Virus record (IMG/VR): IMGVR_UViG_3300042453_005404
Coordinates: 1-64,000 of that record
Reading direction: 5' to 3' (one strand)
Length of the DNA stretch: 64,000 bases
Shown here: positions 55,626-64,000 of the stretch, in pieces
Numbering within the stretch: the first letter of the stretch is position 1
Layout of the letters: each line of letters opens with the position of its first letter
Notes under the pieces: model-generated
The model's database searches: none
Told to the model about the DNA's origin: nothing
The model's input: the letters and a program-made list of their open reading frames with translations, nothing else
Position numbers and translations under genes: made by a program

Positions 55626-56540
55626 ATGATCAATATTCCCAAAGAGTTTTACATTCCTCCCAAAACCGAAGTTATCTTTGTTCAAGACTTTTTTGCCAAA
55701 GAGCTCGTTGGCGGCGCAGAGTTAACTTCTGACGCTATCATTAAAGCCTGTCCAAAAAAGCTTTTTGAGCTTCATGCTCATTCCATTACAGAGAATATTG
55801 TCAAGAAAAACAAAGACAAGCTATGGGTGTTTGGAAATCAAACAATGGTTGCTGCCCATTTACTTCAATTGTTTATTGACTTGAATATTGTTTATGTGTT
55901 TTTTGAATATGACTTCAAGCCTTGTGTTATGAGGTCAGTGAAAAAACACGCAATGCAAGCTGGGGTATGCGAGTGTAACAAACAATCATTTGGAAAGTTT
56001 ATGGCACATTGGATCGTCAATGCCAAGATTAACTTTTGGTGTAGCGACGGTCAGAGAGAACAGTTCGAACGTCTATATCCAGAATTCAAAGATAAAACAA
56101 AAAACTTTACTCAAAGCTCTACGTTCTATCCAGAGACTATTCTCAACATTCGCAAGGTAAGAGAACGTAAAGAACGGGGAGAACTAGTTCCAGAGGACCG
56201 TTGGGCTATTCTGGATTCAGATAGTTGGATTAAAGGCACAGAAGATGCAGTGAAATATTGTAAAGAACGCAATATGAACTATGTTCTTCTTAAGAGCCTT
56301 GTCAACGAACAGTTTCTTGAAGAGTTAGCCAAGAGTAAAGGGTTGGTATTCTTTCCAAGAGACATAGACGTAGGAAGCAGAATCACTACAGAAACAAAAC
56401 TACTTGGTGGAACACCTGTTGTTAACGATCAAGTGCTGCACGTTAAGGAAGAATGGTTCAATAAAAGTATTCCAGAGATTGAGGATTATCTACTAGATGG
56501 ACCTTCAAGATTTTGGAGAGTTATACAAGAAACGTTGTAA
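55626..56540 (+). CDS. Glycosyltransferase-like protein (GT-B-like C-terminus)
   Basis: GGAELTS, LEELAKSKGLVFFP and SRITTETKLLG. Confidence 0.55.
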   Translation: MINIPKEFYIPPKTEVIFVQDFFAKELVGGAELTSDAIIKACPKKLFELHAHSITENIVKKNKDKLWVFGNQTMVAAHLLQLFIDLNIVYVFFEYDFKPCVMRSVKKHAMQAGVCECNKQSFGKFMAHWIVNAKINFWCSDGQREQFERLYPEFKDKTKNFTQSSTFYPETILNIRKVRERKERGELVPEDRWAILDSDSWIKGTEDAVKYCKERNMNYVLLKSLVNEQFLEELAKSKGLVFFPRDIDVGSRITTETKLLGGTPVVNDQVLHVKEEWFNKSIPEIEDYLLDGPSRFWRVIQETL

Positions 56541-56912
56541 ACCTTCAGAGATAAGGTCTGCATATATTTCTCTGTTTTTTCTTCCATAAAACCTTACTAA
56601 TCTACCACTCATGGTATTGGCTTCATCCTCCAGTGGTTGCAGACCTTCATCGTCATTTGGAAAATTTGTTCCTTGTTGTTGTTGGCGGCAGTGAGTTAGT
56701 TCATGTGCCATAGTACGCATAACATCTGCTATGGCACGGTTATGTACAGCAACAAAAACTTCACAAGTATTTGGATCAAAGTATCCTGCTGTTGGCATTC
56801 CTGTTTGACGTTTTGCAAGAATGATTTTAACCTTGCCTTTTAAGCCAAGTTCTTTAATGCAGTGTTTTGCAAACTTTTTGATTGCTGCAACGTTTTCTTT
56901 GGTTAGTTTCAT
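56505..56912 (-). CDS. HExxH metallopeptidase-like protein
   Basis: MRTMAHELTHCRQ...LEDEAN. Confidence 0.7.
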   Translation of the reverse strand: MKLTKENVAAIKKFAKHCIKELGLKGKVKIILAKRQTGMPTAGYFDPNTCEVFVAVHNRAIADVMRTMAHELTHCRQQQQGTNFPNDDEGLQPLEDEANTMSGRLVRFYGRKNREIYADLISEGLQRFLYNSPKS

Positions 56913-56972
56913 ACAGATATAACTAGACTTCTTTTTTTCTATCTGCTAACGTTTCAAAGAAAGGAACACCGT

Positions 56973-57977
56973 ATGCCTAACGTGTATTATGAATATGATC
57001 AAGTTTTCATTCAACCAGATTTTTCTGATATTTTAAGTCGATCAGAGGTTGACACTGGAGTAATTCTAAGCAGTAGAGATTCCGATCTCGTTATGAAGCT
57101 TAAGGTTCCTGTTATTTCTGCGAACATGGATACAGTTACCGAAGGTGATATGGCTAAAACTCTGTGGCAAGCTGGGGCTGTTGGAGCTATTCATCGCTTT
57201 ATGCCCATTCCCGACAACGTTCTTTCATATCTTCAAGTTGCTAGCAACAAAGGCATGGATTGTTTTGTGTCGATTGGCACAAGTAGAGATTGGCAAGAAC
57301 GTTCAGAAGCTTTATACAATGCTGGAGCACGTTTTTTTGTTGTTGATATTGCTCATGGACATTCACAGATGATGAAAAACACTGTTGAATGGCTTGGTAG
57401 TCGTTATGGTCATGATATCTTTATCATGGCCGGAAACGTTGGAACACCACAAGCTGTGCGTGATTTGGATTCTTGGGGTGTTGACGCTATCAAGGTTGGC
57501 ATTGGTGGTGGCTTTGTGTGTGAAACAAAGAATGTTACAGGAGTAAACACACCAATGTTTACAACGGTTCAGATATGTTCAGAAGTAACGGACAAACCCA
57601 TCATTGCAGACGGTGGTGCAAGAGCTTATGGAGACGTTGCGAAAGCTATTGGCGCAGGAGCAACAGCCGTTATGAGCGGATACTTCTTCGCAGGGTGCCC
57701 AGAAAACCCAGAACGTTCCAAGATTTATGATCCAATAACTCACACGTATCGACCGATTTATCGTGGCATGGCATCAAGGGATGCCATGTCAGTGATTAGA
57801 GATACAGATAAGAATCTACCGACTCCCGAAGGTAGAAGCACAACAACAAACCTAAAGCCAAGTGCCAAGGTTGTTATAGAAGAGATTGCTGGTGGTCTTC
57901 GTTCTGCATATTCTTATGTTGGAGCAAGATCAACAGGTGAGTTTCAAAGCAAAGTCAAGTTCGGATATCGTCGCTAA
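56973..57977 (+). CDS. IMP dehydrogenase / GMP reductase family enzyme without CBS domains
   Basis: PVISANMDTV, VDIAHGHS, AGNVGT, IKVGIGGGFVCET, IIADGG, YRGMAS and GGLRSAYSYVG. Confidence 0.9.
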   Translation: MPNVYYEYDQVFIQPDFSDILSRSEVDTGVILSSRDSDLVMKLKVPVISANMDTVTEGDMAKTLWQAGAVGAIHRFMPIPDNVLSYLQVASNKGMDCFVSIGTSRDWQERSEALYNAGARFFVVDIAHGHSQMMKNTVEWLGSRYGHDIFIMAGNVGTPQAVRDLDSWGVDAIKVGIGGGFVCETKNVTGVNTPMFTTVQICSEVTDKPIIADGGARAYGDVAKAIGAGATAVMSGYFFAGCPENPERSKIYDPITHTYRPIYRGMASRDAMSVIRDTDKNLPTPEGRSTTTNLKPSAKVVIEEIAGGLRSAYSYVGARSTGEFQSKVKFGYRR

Positions 57978-57996
57978 TTAAACATAGGAGACTAAA

Positions 57997-58464
57997 ATGC
58001 AAAAAGTGAATCATCCTCTAAAAGCCAGAATGTACGTTGGTGGTTTGAAATCTGTGTTGGTTGATATTGTAAACGATATAGAAGAAATCGAGAAAACTGG
58101 TGGTGTTCCAAGTAAGTTTATTGAAAGCCTGATAGACATTAAAGCAGCAATCGATTTGACTCTTGCTGAGTTCAAAAAAGTTACTGTTCGTTGCTGTGAA
58201 CACGGAACAGAACACGATGTATGTGATGACTCTTGTTCTGACGATGTAGATCATTGCGATGAATGTGGTGAATTTGAAGACGAATGCGCTTGTGAAGAAG
58301 GCCATGTTGAAGATGATGTAGATCGTTGTGATGAATGCGGTGAATTTGAAGACGAGTGTATTTGTGAAGAGGAAGATGCTCCACCGCCTCCTGTTCGCAA
58401 ATCGAATCCGATGAAAAAGTCGGAGGCAAAAGTAGTTGCACCTGTTAGAAAGAAAGGAAGATAA
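57997..58464 (+). CDS. Acidic Cys-repeat protein
   Basis: DDVDxCDECGEFEDECxCEE twice with a 72-nt period; AGGAG SD. Confidence 0.7.
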   Translation: MQKVNHPLKARMYVGGLKSVLVDIVNDIEEIEKTGGVPSKFIESLIDIKAAIDLTLAEFKKVTVRCCEHGTEHDVCDDSCSDDVDHCDECGEFEDECACEEGHVEDDVDRCDECGEFEDECICEEEDAPPPPVRKSNPMKKSEAKVVAPVRKKGR

Positions 58465-58466
58465 TC

Positions 58467-58847
58467 ATGTTAGCTTGGTTAAAAAAGCTGTTCAGTAAAT
58501 CGAAACAAGAAGAATGGGGTGGCACAAAAGTTTTGTGGCAAACTTCATTTGTTAAGGTAACTCATATTTGGGTTGAAGCTGGCAGAGCAACTGAAACATA
58601 TGTCACGCAAGATTTTGCGGTAAAGGATTGGTTGTTTTTAAAGGGTAGTGGTGATTACATTGTTGGATCGATGAAGAAAAAGATTCTTCCCGGTACACAT
58701 CCTATTATTATGGCAGGCACCAAGCATTCCATTCAAGCAACAAACGAAAGAGTGGAAGTGCTTGAAATTCAAACCGGAGCTCTTGCTTCTTCTTCTTCAA
58801 CAGAACCCGCACAACTCCCAGCCAGTTCTTCTGAAAAAACAAAATAG
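58467..58847 (+). CDS. Cupin (mannose-6-phosphate isomerase C-terminal-like), degenerate
   Basis: EEWGG, WLFLKGSG, GTKHSI and VLEIQTG. Confidence 0.55.
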   Translation: MLAWLKKLFSKSKQEEWGGTKVLWQTSFVKVTHIWVEAGRATETYVTQDFAVKDWLFLKGSGDYIVGSMKKKILPGTHPIIMAGTKHSIQATNERVEVLEIQTGALASSSSTEPAQLPASSSEKTK

Positions 58848-58884
58848 TTAGCCTTCCAAAAAACCTACATCTATACTCATTTTC

Positions 58885-59823
58885 ATGAGTAAAGAACAGC
58901 CAAACATAACAAAAAAACATCTAAAAATCCTTGAGAATGCCAAAAAGGATGTGATATACTCTAATAGTATAGACAACCTATTAGATGGTAAAATGACAAT
59001 CACAACTGATATCGATCTTTCTGTTCCCACCAATGCACAATACATTCAGCTGCGTAAGCATGTCAGTTATTCTGAGATTGCTACTTGGATGGATTGCGCA
59101 TACAAGCACAAGCTCAAATACCTCGACGAAGTAAAGACCGATAATGACGGTCCTTCCGAGCACACTGAGTTTGGTCAAGTTATTCACGATGCGCTGGAGC
59201 AATACCTTACTACAAAGGTTATGCCTCCAATCGAGCAAGTAAGAACTCAACTCACTGAGTATTTTTCAAAGCTACCAAATGCTAGCGAGCTAAAAGAATC
59301 GGAATGGCATGATACCATTGAGCCTATTCTTTCTGAAGTGCCAGCTTTTATGGAAGAAACTTTTGGAGATTGGAAGTTTGTTGCTGCTGAACTTCCATTG
59401 ATGGAAACTCTAGACAAACACAATCATATGTTCAAGGGATTTGTTGATGGTGTTATTGAAGGAGTTAACAAAAAGGGCGAGCGTGTTGTTTGGATTATTG
59501 ACTGGAAGACATGCAGTTTCTTTTGGCCATTGGCCAAGCGCATTGACCCTAAGAAAACAATGCAGCTTGCTTTTTACAAATACTTTTATGCTCGCAAGCA
59601 CAACCTGACACTTAAAGATGTTAAGTGTGGTTTTATTCTGCTTCGACGTAGCAAAAAGAAAGGAAACTGTGAGCTTGTTACTGTCAGTGTTGGTGACAAG
59701 GCAGTAGAAAAAGCAATGGGAACGATTGATACAATGCTTGGATATATTCAAAAGCGTATGTTTCCAAAGAATCGTGAAAGTTGCAAGTTTTGCCCATATG
59801 CAGGAACGGAGCACTGCCCATGA
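58885..59823 (+). CDS. PD-(D/E)xK nuclease (RecB/Cas4-like)
   Basis: VSYSEI...CAYKH, FKGFVDGV, IIDWKT, QLAFY and CKFCPY...HCP. Confidence 0.85.
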   Translation: MSKEQPNITKKHLKILENAKKDVIYSNSIDNLLDGKMTITTDIDLSVPTNAQYIQLRKHVSYSEIATWMDCAYKHKLKYLDEVKTDNDGPSEHTEFGQVIHDALEQYLTTKVMPPIEQVRTQLTEYFSKLPNASELKESEWHDTIEPILSEVPAFMEETFGDWKFVAAELPLMETLDKHNHMFKGFVDGVIEGVNKKGERVVWIIDWKTCSFFWPLAKRIDPKKTMQLAFYKYFYARKHNLTLKDVKCGFILLRRSKKKGNCELVTVSVGDKAVEKAMGTIDTMLGYIQKRMFPKNRESCKFCPYAGTEHCP

Positions 59824-60533
59824 AACTACTAATAAAGTTCCCCACCCGTGGCAGACCAGACAAGTTCTTTACTGTTTTAGACCGTTATTTCTATGGTGCA
59901 AAACGCAAAGATCTTACATCATTCCTTATCACATGTGATCAAGATGATGCTTCGATGAATAATGAAGCCGTTCGTAATCGGTTGCAACAAAGCTACAAAG
60001 GAATGACCGTTGTATTTGGTCATTCAAAAAGTAAAATCGAAGCTGTAAATGCCGACATGTCACACGCTCCAGAGCATGATATTATTCTTTTAGCTTCTGA
60101 TGACATGGTACCCGAAGAAAAAGGATACGATGAAATCATTCGTCAAAAGATGACTGAGCATTATCCAGATACAGATGGTGTGTTGTGGTTCTTTGATGGT
60201 TATAGAAAAGATTTCAACACTCTTTGCATTTTGGGCAAAAAGTATTACGAGCGATTCAACTACATATATCATCCAAGCTATAAAAGCTTTTGGTGTGACA
60301 ATGAGTTCACGGATGTTGCCAATCAACTTGGCAAGCAAACATATATCGACAAGGTGATTATTCGCCACGTACATCCAGATTGGATTCAAAGAGATCAAGC
60401 AACAGCTTTAATGCATCAAAACATTCATGGTTCAAAAGAAGTAATCGATCAAACGTTTATAAAAAACCTACCTTTCGAAAGATTAGATGCAATGAACTAT
60501 CAGCAACGAAAACAAGCAGGATTTCCGCAATGA
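59820..60533 (+). CDS. GT-A / GT2-like glycosyltransferase
   Basis: FPTRGRP, IILLASDDM and SFWCDNEFT. Start re-called at 59820. Confidence 0.75.
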   Translation: MKLLIKFPTRGRPDKFFTVLDRYFYGAKRKDLTSFLITCDQDDASMNNEAVRNRLQQSYKGMTVVFGHSKSKIEAVNADMSHAPEHDIILLASDDMVPEEKGYDEIIRQKMTEHYPDTDGVLWFFDGYRKDFNTLCILGKKYYERFNYIYHPSYKSFWCDNEFTDVANQLGKQTYIDKVIIRHVHPDWIQRDQATALMHQNIHGSKEVIDQTFIKNLPFERLDAMNYQQRKQAGFPQ

Positions 60534-61240
60534 AGAAAGTGATCGCATTTTCTCTGTGGGGTAATGATCCTCGATATCTTGGTGGTGCATTACAAAACAT
60601 ATCTTTAGCTAGAATCTTTTATCCCGATTGGATCTGTAGATTTTATATCGGTCAAAGCACGCTGAAGAACAAAAAATTCATTGCGCAACTAAAAAACAAC
60701 GAAAATGTAGAAGTTGTTGAAATGAGTGAAGACGGCAACTGGGTTGGGATGTTTTGGCGTTTCTATGCTGCATTAGATTCAACGATAGATGTAATGCTGT
60801 CTAGAGATACCGACAGTCGTTTTGGTTTTAGGGAAGCTGAAGCTGTAAAAGATTGGCTCAACGGCGATATGTCATTTCATATCATGCGAGACAATCATCA
60901 ACATGGTGTTCCTATCCTTGGTGGTATGTGGGGTACAAAGGTTGCCGCTTTTAAACAACTAGTTGGAGAAGGTGTTTTGGATCACAAAGCTGGAAACTAT
61001 TGGCAATGCGATCAAGAATACCTTCGAGATAATGTTTATCCGAAGATTAAAGATGTGGCTTGTGTTCACGATGAGTTCTTTGAGAAGAAACCGTTTCCTA
61101 CAACTGCTGGAAAGCGGAATTCCGATCATTTCGTTGGGCAAGCGTATGATGGTAACGGATACATTTTGGACGTAAAAAACTATGGAGTAGTTTCGTACCG
61201 AGACTATATGGCCGCACACGATATCGATTGGAAAGAATGA
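60530..61240 (+). CDS. Glycosyltransferase-like protein
   Basis: IAFSLWG, GMFWRF, SRDTDSR, FHIMRD, ILGGMWG and DQEYL. Start re-called at 60530. Confidence 0.65.
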   Translation: MKKVIAFSLWGNDPRYLGGALQNISLARIFYPDWICRFYIGQSTLKNKKFIAQLKNNENVEVVEMSEDGNWVGMFWRFYAALDSTIDVMLSRDTDSRFGFREAEAVKDWLNGDMSFHIMRDNHQHGVPILGGMWGTKVAAFKQLVGEGVLDHKAGNYWQCDQEYLRDNVYPKIKDVACVHDEFFEKKPFPTTAGKRNSDHFVGQAYDGNGYILDVKNYGVVSYRDYMAAHDIDWKE

Positions 61241-61244
61241 GCAC

Positions 61245-62084
61245 ATGAACGTTCACTTCAATACAATGGTTAAGAACGAAGCATTGTTACTTGATTGTGT
61301 GCTTCCCATCTGGAAAACATACAACGTAGATCAGTTTGTTTTTTATGATGATAACTCAACAGACAATACTTTAGAGATTATTGCCAAGCATCTACCAGCA
61401 GAACGTTTTGCTGTTTACAACGACAAACTACCTGCGTTCAATGAAGCCTATCACAGATCAAAAATGCTTCAACATAGCCGTAAAAAACGTGCTGATTATG
61501 TGCTTTCTATTGACGCCGATGAACTACTGTCTGCGAATCTAGACAAAGATTTAAGAGTTGTCTTGAAAGAGTACGATACAAAAGATATATGGTTGTATTG
61601 GTATAACGTGGTAAACGGTACTTTGAATCAAACAAGAAACGATCCATCGTATGTTGACAACTATAGAAGCTTTATCCTGCCACTAAAACATACCGGCCAC
61701 TTAGATTTGTCGCAATGGAAATATCATACCCCTAGAGTACCTGTTGTCAATCTTCCTAAGTCTTGCACAAAAGATTATGGCGTGATTCATTTGCAAGCAA
61801 TCAATCGACGGTTTTATGCATTGAAACAGCTGTGGTACAAGCATTATGAGTTGGTCAACTACAATCATTCTGTTGCGCAAATCAACGGACGATACGATCC
61901 AGTGGTAAACAACTTAAACTTTTGCGCAGTTGAAACTCCTGCCTCGATTGTGAACGATATAAAGTTCGATTCGGTTGTTTTTGATCAAATCGAAGAAATA
62001 AGACAACATAAAAAGTATATACTTGAACACTTTAATCCCGCATTGGTTACATTTGGAAAAGAATATCTTGGAGATATAAAATGA
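61245..62084 (+). CDS. GT2-family glycosyltransferase
   Basis: MVKNEA, YDDNSTDNT and VLSIDADE. Confidence 0.8.
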   Translation: MNVHFNTMVKNEALLLDCVLPIWKTYNVDQFVFYDDNSTDNTLEIIAKHLPAERFAVYNDKLPAFNEAYHRSKMLQHSRKKRADYVLSIDADELLSANLDKDLRVVLKEYDTKDIWLYWYNVVNGTLNQTRNDPSYVDNYRSFILPLKHTGHLDLSQWKYHTPRVPVVNLPKSCTKDYGVIHLQAINRRFYALKQLWYKHYELVNYNHSVAQINGRYDPVVNNLNFCAVETPASIVNDIKFDSVVFDQIEEIRQHKKYILEHFNPALVTFGKEYLGDIK

Positions 62085-62665
62085 AAACGTTTCGAGTCGA
62101 TGATGTTAGTGTTAATACAAATCAAGAAAAACTATTGGAAATGATTGCGTTGCTAAATCAACGTTACAACAATTCACGTTTTCTGCTGGGTATTTCTCCT
62201 CTTGTCTGTGATATGAAGGAGTTTAGTGACAAAAGAAACGAACGAATATTTCCTTCTATTTTTAACGCTTATAGCGATCATAGAGTTTTTTACAAGGTAG
62301 ACAAGTGTGGTGTACCAGCAGTTGTTTCTGAGTTAATAAAGCTTTATGGTAGCAAGATTGACTTGGCTGGTCACGGTTTGATTCATGTTGATCATCGTCT
62401 TCTAACAAAAGAAGTACAAGAACTCAGTATTCTTTCTTCATGTAACTTGATTGGTGCAAAAACTTATATTCCACCTTTCAATAAATGGAACAAACACACT
62501 GAAGAAATATGCAAAGAGTTTGGTATTAACTTGGTGAAATTTGAAGATGGTTGGCGGCACCTTGGATTCGAACCTATCAATGACAACTCAAGAAACTACT
62601 ATTTTCATACCCATGACTTTGATATGGAAAAGTTCAAAATGATTGTTGCTGGGAGCGGTAAATGA
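62081..62665 (+). CDS. Polysaccharide deacetylase-like (NodB-type) protein
   Basis: FRVDDV, LAGHGLIH and YIPPFNKWN. Confidence 0.7.
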   Translation: MKTFRVDDVSVNTNQEKLLEMIALLNQRYNNSRFLLGISPLVCDMKEFSDKRNERIFPSIFNAYSDHRVFYKVDKCGVPAVVSELIKLYGSKIDLAGHGLIHVDHRLLTKEVQELSILSSCNLIGAKTYIPPFNKWNKHTEEICKEFGINLVKFEDGWRHLGFEPINDNSRNYYFHTHDFDMEKFKMIVAGSGK

Positions 62666-63213
62666 TTGTTGCCATACATCAGCCGAACTTTTTTCCTTGG
62701 TTGCCTTTTTATGAAAAGATAAAAGCCGCTGATGTGTTCGTTTTTCTTCGTAACTGTCAGTTTGAGAAAAACAACTATCAAAATCGATTTCATTACCGTG
62801 ATCGATGGCATACCATGAGCGTCAACAAAGGTTTGGAACCTATCGTTGACAAGCGATATGTAAGCCATGAAAAAGATTGGAACAAAATCAAAGTTAACTT
62901 AAAAGACAAGTTTGTGTTAAACGAGTATGACGAATGCATTAGTGATCACTTGTACGAAACCAATCACAAGATCATTCTTAAAACGCTGAAAAAGTTAAAT
63001 ATCAACACTGCGATTGAGTACGATAGCCCTACAGATCTTACTAACACTGATAGACTTGTTGAAATATGCAAAGCTTTAAAGGCCACTACATACCTTGCTG
63101 GGCGTGGTGGTACAAAATACATGGATATGAGTAAGTTTGAAGCCGCTGGAATAAAGGTTGACATTCAAAAGGTTTCTGTTGAACAATCCATCCATGTTCT
63201 TGATATTCTATAG
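62662..63213 (+). CDS. WbqC-like protein
   Basis: AIHQPNFFPWLPFYEKI, YQNR and YLAGRGGTKYM. Confidence 0.88.
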   Translation: MIVAIHQPNFFPWLPFYEKIKAADVFVFLRNCQFEKNNYQNRFHYRDRWHTMSVNKGLEPIVDKRYVSHEKDWNKIKVNLKDKFVLNEYDECISDHLYETNHKIILKTLKKLNINTAIEYDSPTDLTNTDRLVEICKALKATTYLAGRGGTKYMDMSKFEAAGIKVDIQKVSVEQSIHVLDIL

Positions 63214-63216
63214 GCC

Positions 63217-64000
63217 ATGCCACAGAAACTTTTTGATCGTATTGTTGTAAGCTCCGACGATTCTCCTACCTTTTTGAACTTTTGGCCTTGCGTATCACAA
63301 GCATGGCAAAAATTCTTCGATGTAAAGCCAACACTAGCATTGGTAACAAACAGATCACCAGACGATTCGTTGTTTGCAACTTTGCAAAAATACGGTGATG
63401 TTTGTACCGTTCCTTATATCCAAGGCATACCAACAGCCAATCAAGCTAAAATAGCTCGTTTTCTTGTTGCTAGTAAGATGGGCGACGACGTTTGCATGAT
63501 CGAAGACATTGATACTGTTCCTTTACAGCGAACGTTTTTCGAAAACAGATTAAAAATGCGTGAACCTAATCGTATTTTGGCCGTAGGGCATGAAGTTTTG
63601 GCAAATACTGTTGATACTGGTAAGTTTCCGATCAGCAATATCACAACTGAGGGCCGAAACTTTAAACTACTGTTTAACCCAAACGATCTTAGCCATGAAG
63701 AATTATTGAAATCGTATGTTGGTATGCGTGTTGTTGATCATAAAGAAAACATTGCAAACAATCCGTCCCATTTTTCTGACGAATCAATGATTCGTGGATT
63801 GATTCATAAACACAACTTGCATCACATGGTTCAAAAAGTTGAAAGAGGAGCAGACATTCATAGAGATTGGGTTGATCGATCATGGTGGGGGATCGATGAA
63901 AACAAGTTGAAAAATGGAGGATACGTTCTTTGCAACTTTTTACGTCCGTGCAGAGAAAACGCACAACATTTTATTCCAATCTATGAATATTTGTACGGAT
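63217..64000 (+). CDS. Glycosyltransferase-like protein, partial (runs off the window end; not in the ORF track)
   Basis: Manual translation is open to base 64000: MPQKLFDRIVVSSD...CMIEDIDTVPL (DxD)...FSDES. Confidence 0.65.
   Translation, partial: MPQKLFDRIVVSSDDSPTFLNFWPCVSQAWQKFFDVKPTLALVTNRSPDDSLFATLQKYGDVCTVPYIQGIPTANQAKIARFLVASKMGDDVCMIEDIDTVPLQRTFFENRLKMREPNRILAVGHEVLANTVDTGKFPISNITTEGRNFKLLFNPNDLSHEELLKSYVGMRVVDHKENIANNPSHFSDESMIRGLIHKHNLHHMVQKVERGADIHRDWVDRSWWGIDENKLKNGGYVLCNFLRPCRENAQHFIPIYEYLYG

Noticed and set aside
58885-59823. Cas4 as part of a CRISPR-Cas system
   Set aside because: No cas1/cas2 or array is present, and stand-alone PD-(D/E)xK nucleases are common in phages.
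1-64000. Stop-codon reassignment
   Set aside because: Conserved genes are full length under code 11, and TAG, TGA and TAA all end genes at expected positions (for example, thyA ends in TAG).
1-64000. tRNA/rRNA genes, group I introns or homing endonucleases in thyA and nrdAB
   Set aside because: No cloverleaf or rRNA-like segment was seen by eye, and thyA, nrdA and nrdB are uninterrupted. tRNAscan or Infernal would be needed to exclude them formally.

Overview
This is a 64-kb segment of a large, AT-rich, T4-like tailed phage (jumbo-myovirus-like) using genetic code 11. It carries: (1) nucleotide metabolism (thyA, nrdB-nrdA, dut, tdk, an IMPDH/GMPR-family enzyme, a Zn-dependent deaminase); (2) replication and recombination (DnaB-like helicase, 5'-3' exonuclease, a polymerase-domain-only family A DNA polymerase, HD protein, gp32-like SSB, RecA/UvsX with a 169-aa mini-intein); (3) a tail/baseplate module (gp26-like hub/chaperone plus an overlapping +1-frame ORF, an 1841-aa tape-measure-like protein, baseplate proteins); (4) proteostasis genes (ClpP-like, Hsp20, MoxR AAA+/VWA pair); (5) mnmA; (6) a glycosyltransferase/WbqC cluster. 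The main unexplained structures are two tandem paralog arrays. The first is four small beta-barrel-like genes (49556-50770), each with a different in-frame, 68-78% GC, NNG-periodic cassette at the same site in otherwise near-identical AT-rich genes. The second is six GNAT-like genes with a shared MKLYPIIYxNE leader (4325-9095). A TTTAGA-N17-TAnnnT early promoter recurs, and four copies place the predicted transcript start on the ATG (leaderless). A TAnTTA motif precedes late-type genes. No tRNA, rRNA, CRISPR array, reverse transcriptase, integrase or transposase was recognised. All family assignments come from motif recognition by eye, not from database searches.
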